DNA of 62,717 nt, filler included, from Octopus bimaculoides (lineage: Eukaryota): the NCBI RefSeq assembly GCF_001194135.2. It is 5 parts of 5 records of this genome, joined end to end, with 100 filler letters (N's around TTAATTAATTAA, not from the genome) between each part and the next. Parts side by side here need not be neighbours in the genome. Positions count along the whole stretch, not along the records: positions 1 to 9,044 come from NC_068993.1; positions 9,145 to 19,539 come from NC_068994.1; 3 more parts are not named here. One strand, written 5' to 3'. Under the pieces are notes generated by a model. The model was not told where the DNA came from, searched no databases, and worked only from the letters and a program-made list of their open reading frames with translations. Positions 1 to 13,269 of the stretch are shown in pieces (the first letter of the stretch is position 1; the number at the start of each line of letters is the position of its first letter). A program made the position numbers and the translations under genes.

Positions 1-490
1 ATATATATATATATATATATATATTCATACATATATACGTGTCAGTATATGTCCATCTGTATGTATTATATATGTGTGTGTGTCTGTGTGTGTGCGTGCG
101 TGCGTGCGTGCGTGTATGTGTGTGTGTGTACGTATTTACGTATTCATGTCGATAGCATACATACAACAAATTCCTTGATATCAACAGCATGGCGGAAAAA
201 GTAGAAAGATCAATAGGAATCGAACATGTTTCGATAGATGAAAATACGCTCGGGTTCGGTTTTAATTTCTCCCAACGTTAGCCGACGTATCTGTAGCTCG
301 CAGCTGTCAAGCTAGGTCTCTTTGTTGTTCTCTCTTTGAAAGATTCTAACATCTGAAGCTGGAAGACAAATTCCGTTCAATTTTACTGACCTCCATTACA
401 TCTCAGCTGACCTTCTACAAGACAGATCTGCTGTCATTGGATCTACCTATATGTGGTGATGTCCTGCTTGTCTTCTATATGCGCTAATGC

Positions 491-520
491 AGCAGCAGCA
501 GCAGCAGTAGTAGCTGCATT

Positions 521-576
<56 letters not shown>

Positions 577-600
577 ATAATAATAATGATCATAAACAAC
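491..600. repeat. Compound trinucleotide microsatellite (CAG)n/(CTA)n/(AAT)n
   Basis: Runs of gca, cta and aat are directly visible. Confidence 0.95.
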
Positions 601-664
601 GATAATGATAGCAGTAGTAAAGATTATCATGATAATGATAATGGGATTAATATTCTGTCACAAC

Positions 665-862
665 GGCAGCAATTTTGGAGGGAAGAGATGAGTCGATTGT
701 ATCGACCTCAGTCTTCAGCTGGTACTTTTTTTTTTATCGACCCTGAAAGGAGGACAGGCAAAGCCAACCCCGGCTGAACTTGAGCTCAGAGCGTGCAGAC
801 AGACGGAATGCCGCTAAGCATTATTATGCCCGGCGTGCAACCGATCCTGTCACCTCGCCGTC
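665..862 (-). mobile_element. tRNA-derived SINE, family A
   Basis: Reverse complement starts GACGGCGAGGTGACAGGATCGGTTGCACGCCGGGCAT and is homologous to the copies at 20409, 23242, 54338 and 61390, including the CGATAAA...GTACCAG body. Confidence 0.75.
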
Positions 863-930
863 TAATAATAATAATAATAATAATAATAACAACAACAACA
901 ACAACAACAACAATACTAATTATAATTATA

Positions 931-989
<59 letters not shown>
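863..989. repeat. (AAT)n/(AAC)n microsatellite
   Basis: Directly visible. Confidence 0.95.
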
Positions 990-990
<1 letters not shown>

Positions 991-1145
991 TTCAGACAAA
1001 TACATAACAAAAACACCAAGACTTACAAATATATATAACATACAGAAAATTGCACTGCTGGGCGCTGCACACATCCTACGCAAAACGCTTTCAATACAGT
1101 AACCTTAAGAGCATCACAACAAACCACAGCACATACCCAAGGCAT
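990..1145 (+). mobile_element. 3' end of an R4/Dong-like non-LTR retrotransposon
   Basis: Translates to LTNIYNIQKIALLGAAHILRKTLSIQ*, resembling the QKxxLLGTAxILRKxL C-terminus of restriction-like-endonuclease LINEs. Its 5' junction lies in an (AAT)n run. Confidence 0.6.
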
Positions 1146-1398
1146 AAATAAATGCGCCCTTTTAAAGCCTAGCCAGGCTCATGGGCCCGGGTTCCCGGTT
1201 TCAATGGCGTATGTGTTCTCCAGCGGGACGGGACGCTAGTCTATCGCAGCGTTACTCATTTTTGCCAGCTGAATGGACTGAAGCAAGGTGAAATGAAGTG
1301 TTTTGCTCAAGAACACAACGCATCGCCCGGGCCAGGAATCGAAACCACAATCTTGCCATCATGATGCTGGCACCCTAGTCATTCAGCCACGCGCCTCC
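1146..1398 (-). mobile_element. tRNA-derived SINE, family B (CORE-like central box)
   Basis: Minus strand starts GGAGGCGCGTGGCTGAATGA (A-box-like), has B-box-like GTTTCGATTCC, then TGTGTTCTTGAGCAAAACACTTCATTTCAC, and ends GGCTTTAAAAGGGCGCATTTATTTA. Homologous to 41319-41506 and 61905-62217. Confidence 0.85.
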
Positions 1399-2483
1399 GC
1401 CGTAATCTCTTATAGAGGGAGCATCATGATCTTATAATATTTCGGTAAAGGTTCCCTTTTTAAATAAAAGAAAGTAATCATAGTTCGGAGAGATGTGTTA
1501 TTAGTTGCACGTCATTCTGATGTGTCTGTCAGTAACAACACATGTGTACGAACTCTTTGATTCTTTATTTTCTTCTGTTTGAGAAAGGGATTCCTTTCCG
1601 AAATATTAAGGTATTATAAGAGCATTTAAACAGCTTATCTAACGTAGTACAATAATTGGTTTTTATTTGTTCATATCACCAAACATATGTTGCCTAAATT
1701 TTTATCTGCATTCCTCAAAAGAGATTTTCTATTACTTCTTCTCAAACATTTACATCATTTACACACATTGCAATGCTTTATGTGAATTACAACACTCATC
1801 TCCCCCTTAATTCTCTACTTCTACACAAGCAAATCTATATTTGATTTTGTACTTGATTTTATTTGTTTGACGCAGTGTTTTTTTCTGCCTTACATATGTT
1901 TCGCCAAATCGTTTGTACTTCTTTGTCTGGTAAAATATCTACTTTTATGGTGTTTGCTGTTTAATTCTCTGTAAACTTTATTTTTTCCTGTTTTTCGTCT
2001 CGCAACATTTAATTTTATTTGAATTCTGGAATTGTGTTATTCCTGTTGTCTTTTTATTTACTTATTAATTTTTTTCTTTTTTTTTTTCTGCATCGATTTA
2101 TTTTCCGAAGCTTACCTTTCATCTGATCAATTAATGTTTCTTTCATTCCTTTATGATGTTCGTCATCCTTAATTACAGCCATTACTTTTATTTTTACGAA
2201 CTGATAACATTTGTGTTTGCGTTGGATCTCACACAATAGTACTCTAGTTTTTCCCTCTCAGTTAAATTTCTCTTAAATGCTTTTCTTCCTCGCTGTCCAT
2301 ACGTACAGAAAATATACTGACATACACACGTGTACACATAAGCAAGCATAAATAGGTGAATACACACTGACACACATACATACCCACGTACGCACACACA
2401 CAAATACATATTTATATATAGAAACTTATATATATTTGAATAAATGCATGACTATATTTGTATGTATATATATAGAGAGATGA

Positions 2484-2514
<31 letters not shown>

Positions 2515-2980
2515 GATAGATACATAGATAGATAGATATATAGACATTCATATATATATATATATATNNNNNNNNNNNNNNNNNNNNNNNNNNNNNNNNN
2601 NNNNNNNNNNNNNNNNNNNNNNNNNNNNNNNNNNNNNNNNNNNNNNNNNNNNNNNNNNNNNNNNNNNNNNNNNNNNNNNNNNNNNNNNNNNNNNNNNNNN
2701 NNNNNNNNNNNNNNNNNNNNNNNNNNNNNNNNNNNNNNNNNNNNNNNNNNNNNNNNNNNNNNNNNNNNNNNNNNNNNNNNNNNNNNNNNNNNNNNNNNNN
2801 NNNNNNNNNNNNNNNNNNNNNNNNNNNNNNNNNNNNNNNNNNNNNNNNNNNNNNNNNNNNNNNNNNNNNNNNNNNNNNNNNNNNNNNNNNNNNNNNNNNN
2901 NNNNNNNNNNNNNNNNNNNNNNNNNNNNNNNNNNNNNNNNNNNNNNNNNNNNNNNATATATATATATATATATATATATA

Positions 2981-3866
2981 CAACCTGCGACGGGTAAATT
3001 GTCGCCATATTATATCTTTGAATTTGTGCATGAGCATTGATTGTTTTTTTTTAATGATTTTGTCGATCACATAGTATAGTAGGGTCAGCTGGGCACCATC
3101 TGTGAGAGAAATAGCACCATGACGCAATTCACTCAACTAGAAATTTAGAAAGGACTTGCTGTACTGCTTGGCGTTCGCAACTGAAACTCCAATACGAAAA
3201 TTTCTGAGTGCTTGGAAGTCAATCTGAGGACAGCGCAATCTGAGGACATGTACCGGGAGTGATAAAATTGAAACATCCAGCCAACATGGTGTTAGGTGTT
3301 AGCACCAGTGATGGCGACGTTATACTTCCATTCATCTACTCATACAGCCTCTCACTCAACGAGAAGGCCTACATCAAGTGCCTGGTGGAGATAGTGCTAC
3401 CCTGGGTGTGAAGGGTGACTGCTGGAAGACCCTATGTCTGGCAACAGTATTCTGCACCATGCCACACAAGCAAGAGACCTTAATCATGGCTGTCAGACAA
3501 TTTCTGTGGCCATGTCTCCCCAAACATCTGGCCACCCAATTCTCCAGACTGCAACACTCTTGGTTATTATGTGTGGGCCACAGTTGAGCAAGAAACCGAC
3601 AAAACTCCTTGTAACACCAACTGGAGGCAAGGATTATGGCAGCATTGACCAACTCAAACAAGGAGTCCGTCCAGATTAGTTGCAGGAGATTCCGAAGTCG
3701 TCTGGAACCTGTGGTTGAAACCAATGGCGATTTTATTGAATGAATTTAGTCTTTAGTATTTCAAGATATTTTGACGTAATTTTGGTGAATATATCTGTTA
3801 AAATCAGACGTCAATGTTATTTTCATTTTTGCGTAATTTAGACGACAGTTTATTCAGCGCACTCTG
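2981..3866 (+). mobile_element. Internally deleted Tc1/mariner-superfamily DNA transposon, maT (DD37D)-like
   Basis: Imperfect TIRs (TA-CAACCTGCGACGGGTAAATTGTCGCC vs reverse complement of right end TA-CAGAGTGCGCTGAATAAACTGTCGTC) with TA on both sides. Relic reads WQQ(Y)SAPCH...WPPNSPDCNTL(G)YYVW, with 37 residues between the mutated second and third catalytic positions. Confidence 0.75.
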
Positions 3867-3962
3867 TACATACATACACATACATACATACATAGAGATA
3901 TATAATGTACAGATAGACACATAGATAGTTATGCAATTACACACACACTCACATATATATAT

Positions 3963-4022
<60 letters not shown>

Positions 4023-4312
4023 ATGTATGTATANNNNNNNNNNNNNNNNNNNNNNNNNNNNNNNNNNNNNNNNNNNNNNNNNNNNNNNNNNNNNNNNNNN
4101 NNNNNNNNNNNNNNNNNNNNNNNNNNNNNNNNNNNNNNNNNNNNNNNNNNNNNNNNNNNNNNNNNNNNNNNNNNNNNNNNNNNNNNNNNNNNNNNNNNNN
4201 NNNNNNNNNNNNNNNNNNNNNNNNNNNNNNNNNNNNNNNNNNNNNNNNNNNNNNNNNNNNNNNNNNNNNNNNNNNNNNNNNNNNNNNNNTATATATATAT
4301 GCATACATATAC

Positions 4313-4349
<37 letters not shown>

Positions 4350-5194
4350 GAGATGACTAAGCATCCTTCTTTACTAATTTACTAAGATATTTGATTCCTA
4401 CATACACTGTATACACAGCACATTCGATGGTATATACTCGCTGTATCTATATAGTTATCATATATTTGCAGAGTAATTATTTATAATGTATGATTCCCTT
4501 GTCTGATAAAGACTCTGTTATTTAACGATATACAATATATAACTCTGTTTTGTGTTTTGTTTTCAATGCGTAAGAATTTTATCACATCATTGTTGTCTTT
4601 CATACATTCTATCGTACAATCTATATCTCTATATTCATTTGTTTCTTTAGGCATTACATTTTTCTTTCTCTTTCCTTTTCATATTCTTACTTGTCGGTGA
4701 GAGATTTATTTTTTATTATTTTTTATTCTTCGTTTTCTGCTACTAAATATATGTGATGCCATAGCGTAGATACTGTTGCAGATATTTATGTTCTCTTGAA
4801 TCGTGTTTCATTTTTTCCCCTTTTATACAACATAGATTGTATTACATCATTTTACTTTTCTTAGTAGTAATTCACTATGTATATTTATCGTGAATAGTTT
4901 ACTTTTCAGTGCTTTATTGTTTTAAACAGCTCTTCTTGCATTTGATAATTCATAGCTTTTTATTCACAGATAACTATTGTCATGTTTCATTTTATTTTAA
5001 TCCTCATTTGGTAAGTCGTTTCGAAGACGTTACCGGAGGGGATTCAATTTAAAATTAAAAGAAAATATTTCGTTTTCCTTTTTATGTATGGTAGAACTCG
5101 AAGTAGATAAAGCTATAAATAATTCTCAGATAAAAAAAAAACACTTTGGATACAAAAAGAGGGAAACTACTCGTGCATGAGAGCCTTCGATCTT

Positions 5195-5871
5195 TTACTA
5201 TCTTGTTTTTTACTTGTTTCAGTCACTTGACTACGGCCATGCTAGGGAACCACTATTGATGGGTTTCAGTCGAACAGCTCTACGCAGGACTTATTTTTGA
5301 TAAAGTTTAGCACTTATTCCGTCGGACTCTTTTGGCCGAAGCGCTAGGTTATATGGACGTAAACACATTAACGTCGGTTGGCAAGTGGTGGTGGAGGACA
5401 AACACTGACACAAAGGCACATACAGGTAGATATATTCTTTTCTTTTACTTGTTTCTTTTACTTGGAGCACAGCATTGAAAGGTTTTAGTCGAACAAATCG
5501 GACGCAGGACATATTTTCAAGCCTGTTATTTAATCTATCGGTCTGTTATGCCGAACAGTTAAGTTGTATGGACGTAAACACTACAGCACCGGCTATCAAG
5601 CGTTGATAGTGATGAGCAAACACAGACACAAAGACAAACACACATAGATATATGCACATACACACACAAACACACACACACACATACACACACACACACA
5701 GATATATATGACGGGCTTCTTTCAGTTTCCGTCTACCAAATCCACTCACAACGCCTTGGTCTGCCCGAGGCTATAATAGAAGACACTTGCCCAAATTTTC
5801 ACGCTGCGGGACTGAACTCGGAACCATGTGGTTCAGACGCAACCTTCTTATCATACACCTACTCTTGCGCC
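5195..5871 (-). mobile_element. tRNA-derived SINE, family C, with internal (CA/TG)n and a duplicated 3' module
   Basis: Head GGCGCAAGAGTAGGTGT...CATGGTTCCGAGTTCAGTCCC, body GGATTTGGTAGACGGAAACTGAAAGAAGCCCGTC. The tail module occurs twice (about 5195-5430 and 5436-5640). Homologous to 11655-12045 and 59114-59684. Confidence 0.8.
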
Positions 5872-7044
5872 TATACAAACTGATTAAAGCCTAACATTTA
5901 CATGCTATTATTTATAGCATTATCTACTTCAAGTTCCACTATTTAAGAAATAAAATATTAAAAAAGTTTCTAAAAGTTTCACACATTTAAATAACCAGAC
6001 TTTTACACCCGCTAGCAATTCATCTTCCTATCTATATCTGTTATTTTAATTGTTGAGTCGATTTAGCAATACCACTTTAGTGTCTCCCTTTGTGTCTCGT
6101 TAAATCATATTGGTAAGTTGGTAACATGATTAGAAGTATTAATTTTATAGATGTTTAATCTTTTATCAACAATTTTTTTTTAACAAATTATTTTGTATGC
6201 ATAACAATTATCTTATCTGCATCAGGGTTTTTAATGGATCTACTTTTATACAAATGTGGTTTGTTAATTTTGCAAAATCGAAGTATGCAATCGACAATGT
6301 TTCCTTAAAGCAAAGTTGTTATCAAGACTCCAGTATTTTCAGCCAACATATGTAGGTACACAATTTAGGTACACAATGTAGGTACACATAAGCTTGTATG
6401 CATATGCTTGTGCGTGTGTATCGCCTGAAGTTCACAGTTCTGNNNNNNNNNNNNNNNNNNNNNNNNNNNNNNNNNNNNNNNNNNNNNNNNNNNNNNNNNN
6501 NNNNNNNNNNNNNNNNNNNNNNNNNNNNNNNNNNNNNNNNNNNNNNNNNNNNNNNNNNNNNNNNNNNNNNNNNNNNNNNNNNNNNNNNNNNNNNNNNNNN
6601 NNNNNNNNNNNNNNNNNNNNNNNNNNNNNNNNNNNNNNNNNNNNNNNNNNNNNNNNNNNNNNNNNNNNNNNNNNNNNNNNNNNNNNNNNNNNNNNNNNNN
6701 AGTATGTGTGTATATATGTATGTGCATGTATTTTTGTGTTTGTGTGTTTCTGTGTGTGTATATATATAAAACGACTATGGAAAACTTCGATTCCTTAAAC
6801 AACGGTTCATATATTCCTATTTCTGTGTAAAGAATGATCTGGTACCCTTCATCCATTTCTCGAATTTACTTGTGTTGTCTGGAATATCCTTCCTATTTCC
6901 TAATGTCATGAACTTGGGTATGTATGTTAAATTTGTCATTCTGTAATGATGATAGCAGTTCATCGTGTCTGAATATCATGAGGAATAAAGTGAGAAGTCT
7001 TCGTGAGAAATTGTGCCTGCGACTGCCAGTTCCATTCGGTACCT

Positions 7045-7170
7045 CCTCTTCTTCTTCTTCTTCTTCTTCTTCTTCTTCTTCTTCTTCTTCTTCTTCTTCT
7101 TCTTCTTCTTCTTCTTCTTCTTCTTCTTCTTCTTCTTGTTTTTGCCGTTGTTGTTGTTGTTGTTGTTGTT
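7045..7170. repeat. (CTT)n followed by (GTT)n microsatellite
   Basis: Directly visible. Confidence 0.95.
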
Positions 7171-8327
7171 GAACATAGGATTCAGATAAAGACACTGTAT
7201 GTATTCGTAGTATTTTGAGAACATAGTAAATGCAGTAAAGACGGAATTGCAATGCCATAGGATTTGAACGGAGAAGGAAACAGAAAACAAGTATTAAATA
7301 TAAATTGAAATCCTTCTACTTTGGTCCACGTTCTATTCGATGAACAAGGCCAACTACACACGGCAATAACAACTATAGCTCTACACGACAATAAGGCAAA
7401 ATTCTAAAAAAAACAAAAACAGCAAAAGCCATGACTACAACAACATATATTGAAGATATCATTATTATTCCAATAGAGCGACAATGAAATACAATAAAAT
7501 AAAATAATACTAGAGAAAGAGTAATAACAGCTATAATATTGCCCAGAATAATAGCTGTAACAAATCCAAGATGAATAACAACGACAAGAAGAATAACAAT
7601 AATATTAATACTAATATAAACGAGTTATTTAAAACGGAAAAATAGGAATAACACAAAGCAAAAATATAATAAAAATATAACAAATTAAAATATACTCAAA
7701 TGAAATAAAGAGATTTTCAAAATGGCAGCTATGTCCTGAGAACTGCGTGCTTCGGCAAAGCGAGATATTACGGCCATTTTGAAACTTGCTAAAGTGGAAA
7801 ACGGGAAAATTATTTCTGCAAGAGAAAGCAGAAAGAATTTCAAGCGCATTGCACCAACATTGGTAAAGGCGTGCCGTTGGAAAGTATTTTGGATTGAATT
7901 ATACCACTTGACACGATCCGAAAATATTAAAGAATGGCTGGATTTAACGTAACATTCATTACGGCTTGTGTCGCCCTTGAAATAGAAGAATATTTGGCGA
8001 AATAATTTTCCTGCCTTCTTATTTTACATACGCACGCAAACACACGCAAATGTACAGATAGACAGACAGAGACACACAGAAACACACACACACACACATA
8101 TATAAACGTACAGAGATGCGGAGGCAAATAAATACATATATACATACATACAAGCTCACACATATACAAGCACACATCAACGCACGTACTCACACACGCA
8201 CACAAACTTCTATACAATTTCGTTTCGGATGATTCTAAGATTTTTATTATTTGTGCTGGTTTAATTTTATTCTTGCATCCTCTCAAGCGCAGTCTAATTC
8301 CAACTCAGGTTTAGTACTATGTGTACG

Positions 8328-8361
<34 letters not shown>

Positions 8362-8404
8362 TGTATGTATGTATCTATATATCTACGTGCATATGTATGC
8401 ATAC

Positions 8405-8470
<66 letters not shown>

Positions 8471-8960
8471 GAACAGGCATTTATAAGCGCATACAGCACA
8501 TACACACATATAAACGCATATATATAAATCTATATAGGTTTAGGGTTGTGTTTATACATTTGTGTGTGTGCGTGTGTTTGCGCGCACGCGTATGTATATA
8601 CGGATCCCCGCCCATTTCGGAGAAGCCATACATATTCATAATCATGCTTAAAATATTTCATATGCATATAATATCAATTGCATACAGGGAGATATGTAAT
8701 GTATATACATGCAGCATACACAAATGTACACACACACACACACACACATACATATACATACACACACATATCAAAAATCTGATTAAGCCTTTCAAATATT
8801 CACGTGTGTGACTTTGCATGGTTATGTGTATTACACATACACTAATCTGTATGCACAAACACAAAAGGACCTACATGCACGCACAAGCATACTCACTCGC
8901 ACACGCACAAGCATACTCACTCGCACACGCACACACACACACACATATATATGTATATCC

Positions 8961-9002
<42 letters not shown>

Positions 9003-9044
9003 TTCTATCAAGCTATCTCTTTCTCCGTCTCACTTTCCCTCCAT

Positions 9045-9144
9045 NNNNNNNNNNNNNNNNNNNNNNNNNNNNNNNNNNNNNNNNNNNNTTAATTAATTAA
9101 NNNNNNNNNNNNNNNNNNNNNNNNNNNNNNNNNNNNNNNNNNNN
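9045..9144. other. Synthetic scaffold spacer N44-TTAATTAATTAA-N44
   Basis: Exactly 100 nt. The 12-mer gives stops in all six frames. Identical structure at four positions. Confidence 0.95.
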
Positions 9145-9498
9145 AAAGTTATCTATGACGTCCCCCTTGTTTGGATCTTTCTTCAGCAGCGTTACGGCTC
9201 CTCGGCTCACAAAACCGGGAATGCTCTCGTTCTGCTGCCAGTTGCAGTACACCGCCACCAAGACGTCTCCAAACAAGTCTGGCATACAATTGTAAAGCTC
9301 GTAGGGAAGACCATCCAAGCCCGGAGATTTGTCCCTCGAGCATCCCGCCATCGCGTCCCTCACTTCCGCCACCGTGATGGCACCTTCGTAGCACTCCGCC
9401 TCTCTTGTCGAGAGTCGTGGCAGGCTGTGCAGGTAGGCACTGAAGTCCATCCTGCGTTCTCTCTCGCCACTCGTCCCAAACAGTCGAGTAAAGTGCCG
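9145..9498 (-). mobile_element. 5'-truncated Tx1/L1-type LINE fragment (RT N-terminal region), cut by the spacer
   Basis: DFSAYLHSLPRLS...RDKSPGLDGLPYELY...KKDPNKGDVIDNF is homologous to 31090-31440. The 5' junction abuts (TCTA)n on the element strand. Confidence 0.9.
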
Positions 9499-9499
9499 C

Positions 9500-9564
<65 letters not shown>

Positions 9565-9565
9565 G
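9499..9565. repeat. (TAGA)n microsatellite
   Basis: Directly visible. Confidence 0.95.
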
Positions 9566-9779
9566 GTCTTGGGTTACAAGTGTATAGGAACATGATCAGG
9601 CCAGAACTAAAAGTGCAAAGTCTAAATCTTTTTCTAAAAGTCTAAATATTTTTCGACATATATTTTCATTCGCTCTGACATGTCTCCCGTAGAAATAATA
9701 TTTCTTTTTCTCCGACGCGTTGCTGATGATAAAACGTGTATGTATGCATGTACATAGGTGTACATACATACGTACGTAC

Positions 9780-9810
<31 letters not shown>

Positions 9811-11070
9811 TGTATGTATGTACGTATGTATGTATGTATGTATGTATGTATGTATGTATGTATGTATGAGTGTGTGTGAGTGTGTGTGCGCGCGTGCACA
9901 CACACATACGCGCGCGCACAAAAGTAAGGTGATTCGAAACATCCACAGATGAATTAAATACGGTGATTAGGAAAAACACGTTAGTGGTTAGCTTGTAAGG
10001 GAAACAACTCTGAAAGTTTTGAAATCGATATTGTGTTCGGACATATCGTTTTCGCCATTACAGTTTCGCTGGTACTGTAATAATTAGTGTACTATAGAGA
10101 AATTTCGTAAAAAGGTCACTGGGTGGGTCTAGAAAATGAGATTCACAAGTAATTTAATTATAAAGACTTGTTGACCACATATCTATGTAATTATAATTAA
10201 TCACAACTCCTTATTATTATTACTCCTAAGCACCGTATTTAGAACCTTGTTTTATTTCTGATATTGAATACACTAGAGATAATCACATCCAATTTTTAAT
10301 GAGATTAAAAATGATATATACTGAGAAAATAAACGCATACTAAAGTTTAGAATAGTCTATCAGCATCTACACCAAATTATTGTGATATTTTGTGGAACAT
10401 ACCTGTTTCTATCATAAAAGGTAATTTGTGAATTTCTTTACAGAAATGATTGTGTCATTTTGGCTGTACTAATTACAAATAGAATGGTAGAAACATTTCT
10501 CAACTGGCATATTAATTCCATAATTAGCAATATTTACCGACTATTATTGTAAACCAGTTTAATCCCCTGTAGGATATTTTCATATGTGGTCGACCTCAGG
10601 TTGTTATCTGCAGATCATAAACAACTAGAAACACTGCTGCATTAAGTACACCTTATCTTCCTATAGTCTGTACAGCAATAATGTTACATAGAATAATTAA
10701 ACATCACTTTAAAACAATCTGTTTGCAAAAGAGCATGGGGCACAGCGAAGGTAAAGAAAGGTAAAGATCAGCACATCCATGATCACAGGAGTGGAGCATT
10801 GATTGGGCATAGAATAATTGCCAAATCTATATCGACAGTGTCACTCATCCATAACCTTAACGATGAGCAAGTGTTTCTCACTCGTAAACGTTAACGATGA
10901 GCGAGTTTACACCAGTAACACGAAAGTACATTAAGTCATGAATAAATGGCAAACAATTATAAAGAGAAAGACAAAATAAAGAATTATAAAGACCACATCT
11001 ATTTCCATTAAAAGAAAACTATATCAATGAGATTCTTTCTTTCTTTCTTTCTTTCTTCCTTTCTTTCTTC

Positions 11071-11197
<127 letters not shown>

Positions 11198-11224
11198 CCT
11201 CTCTATCTTCACTTTTTTTCTGCC

Positions 11225-11420
11225 AGCTGTTAACCAGTATGTTAAACCAGTTTGCGATCGGATATCTTTCAAATGTATTGGACCTCAAATTATAAGCTGC
11301 AGATGATAAGCAACTAGCAACACTACTGCAACGAGTTCATAGTTTTATTAAAAGGATTGGTATGGAATTTGAATCAGAAACGTGTGCCACAACAGAACTA
11401 AAAATGAGAAAAATAAGAAC
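11225..11420 (+). pseudogene. Degenerate RT fragment of an R4/Dong-like LINE; a related fragment lies at about 10530-10660
   Basis: Translates to VLDLKL*AADDKQLATLLQRVHSFIKRIGMEFESETCA, resembling the DDLKLYA...GMEFGLDKCA RT region. Confidence 0.5.
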
Positions 11421-11654
11421 TTAATATTTTAGATTAAGAAACAAAGATAGGAAAATTACAACAATCAAATATTTATAGGCATTTAAAACTCAGTTAATTC
11501 TAAAACAATAGGTAATAGGCTATCACTTGTTAAGCAAGGTTAGGTGGAAAGACAAGAAAAAGCCTTCTTTAAGAGTTGTACACCGTACGAAATTTGACAT
11601 AAACGATGACATTTATCATGAATAGAAGAAAAGACTGGAATGCAACTATCTTTT

Positions 11655-11922
11655 ATCCCTTACTTCTTATTTGTTTCAGTCATTAGACTGTGCCCATGCT
11701 GGGGCACCGCCTTGAAGAATTTTTATTAGAATGAGTCGATCCCGCTACTTATTTTTTTAAAGCCTAGTACTTATTCTGTCGGATTCTTATGCCGAACTGC
11801 TATGTTAAAAGGACGTAAACACACCAACACCAGTTGTCAAGCGTGATGAGGACAAACACGGGTTGTCAAGTTGATGGGGACATACACACACATACACACA
11901 CACATACACACGCACACGCACG

Positions 11923-11960
<38 letters not shown>

Positions 11961-12045
11961 CTCACACATCTATAAATGACAGGCTTCTTCCATTTTCCGT
12001 CTACCAAATCCACTTACAAAGCTTTGGTCAGCCCAAGACTATAGC
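11655..12045 (-). mobile_element. SINE family C, head truncated
   Basis: Tail, (CA)n and GGCTTCTT..TTTCCGTCTACCAAATCCAC body homologous to 5436-5770. Confidence 0.8.
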
Positions 12046-12049
12046 ATTT

Positions 12050-13269
12050 AAATAAATTAAATTGTACATTTAAACTAATTAAATAGTATTTTACAGAATA
12101 ATAGAATTAAAATTTCTTTGATTAAAACCCTTTCTAACATGGAAACATCCAAAGAGCATTTAAGGCACATAATGCTTTGAGTACAAAAAAGGAAACTCTG
12201 CAGCCGAGGCGACTCGAAACATACACTCAGTTTATGGGGAAGAATGCTTGAATGAAAGAACTTGCAGAAGATGGTTTGCAAAATTCAGAAGTGGAGATTT
12301 CAGCCTTGAAGATGAAGATCGAACAAAACGTCCAGTTGAGTTTGATGATAAACTTCTTGAGGCATAAATTGAAGAAAATCCTGTATTATCAGTTGAAGAA
12401 TTAGCAATAAAGCTTAGTTCAAACCGTACAACTGTTCATCGTCATCTTCAACAACTTGGAAAGGTTCATAAACTTGGAAAATGGGTGCCTCATNNNNNNN
12501 NNNNNNNNNNNNNNNNNNNNNNAATTGTCCGAAAGCAACCGCAAATCCCGAGTTGACATCTGCTCTTCTCTCCATTCTCGAGAACTCATTTCACCCTTTT
12601 TGAATAGACTTGTGACTGGTGACGAAAAATGGATCTTCTATCGAAATGTTAAACGTCGTTAACATTGGCTTGGTAAAAGGGAAAAAGCTCAACACAACCG
12701 AGAAGGGAACTTCATGGGAAAAAGATTCTTCTCTCTATCTGGTGGGATTGCAAAGGAGTAATTCACTTTGAATTGTTACCACCTAATGCAACAATCAATG
12801 CTCAAATCTACTGTCAGCAATTAGAGCGTTTGAACCAAGCTTTGAAGAAAAAAAGACCCGCTTTAGTGAATCGAAAAGGAGTGATATTTCATCAGGACAA
12901 TGCACGACCTCACACTGCAAAAATCACATCACAGAAAATCGAAGAGCTTGGTTGGGAAAAAATTACTCATTCACCTTATTCTCCCCACCTTGCTCCTTCA
13001 GACTACCATTTGTTTCGTAGTTTACAGAATCATTTGCGGGACATAACTTTCGCAAACCAGGAGGAGGTTGAAACTGATATTTCAGAGTTGTTCACTTTGA
13101 AACCAAAAGAGTTTTATATTGATGGAATTAAGAAGTTTGTAAATAGATGGAAGAAAGTCATAAATAACCAGGGAAAGTATATTGATAATTAAATTTCAAT
13201 TAAATATAACATTTGATCACTTGTTTCCTTTATTCAAAATTCGGACAGAACTTATGGGATAACCTGATA
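12050..13269 (+). mobile_element. Mariner (DD34D) DNA transposon; right TIR present, left TIR not found
   Basis: Right end ...AATTCGGACAGAACTTATGGGATAACCTGATA followed by TA. Encloses a mariner transposase relic. Confidence 0.85.
12139..13192 (+). pseudogene. Mariner transposase, disrupted
   Basis: METSKEHLRHIM..., WVPH, VTGDEKW, HQDNARPH, YSPHLAPSDY. 34 residues separate D2 and D3. Contains frameshifts, in-frame stops and a small gap. Confidence 0.92.

Noticed and set aside
189-281. Short ORF MAEKVERSIG... with good start context
   Set aside because: Only 30 codons, no homology recognised and no convincing splice donor.
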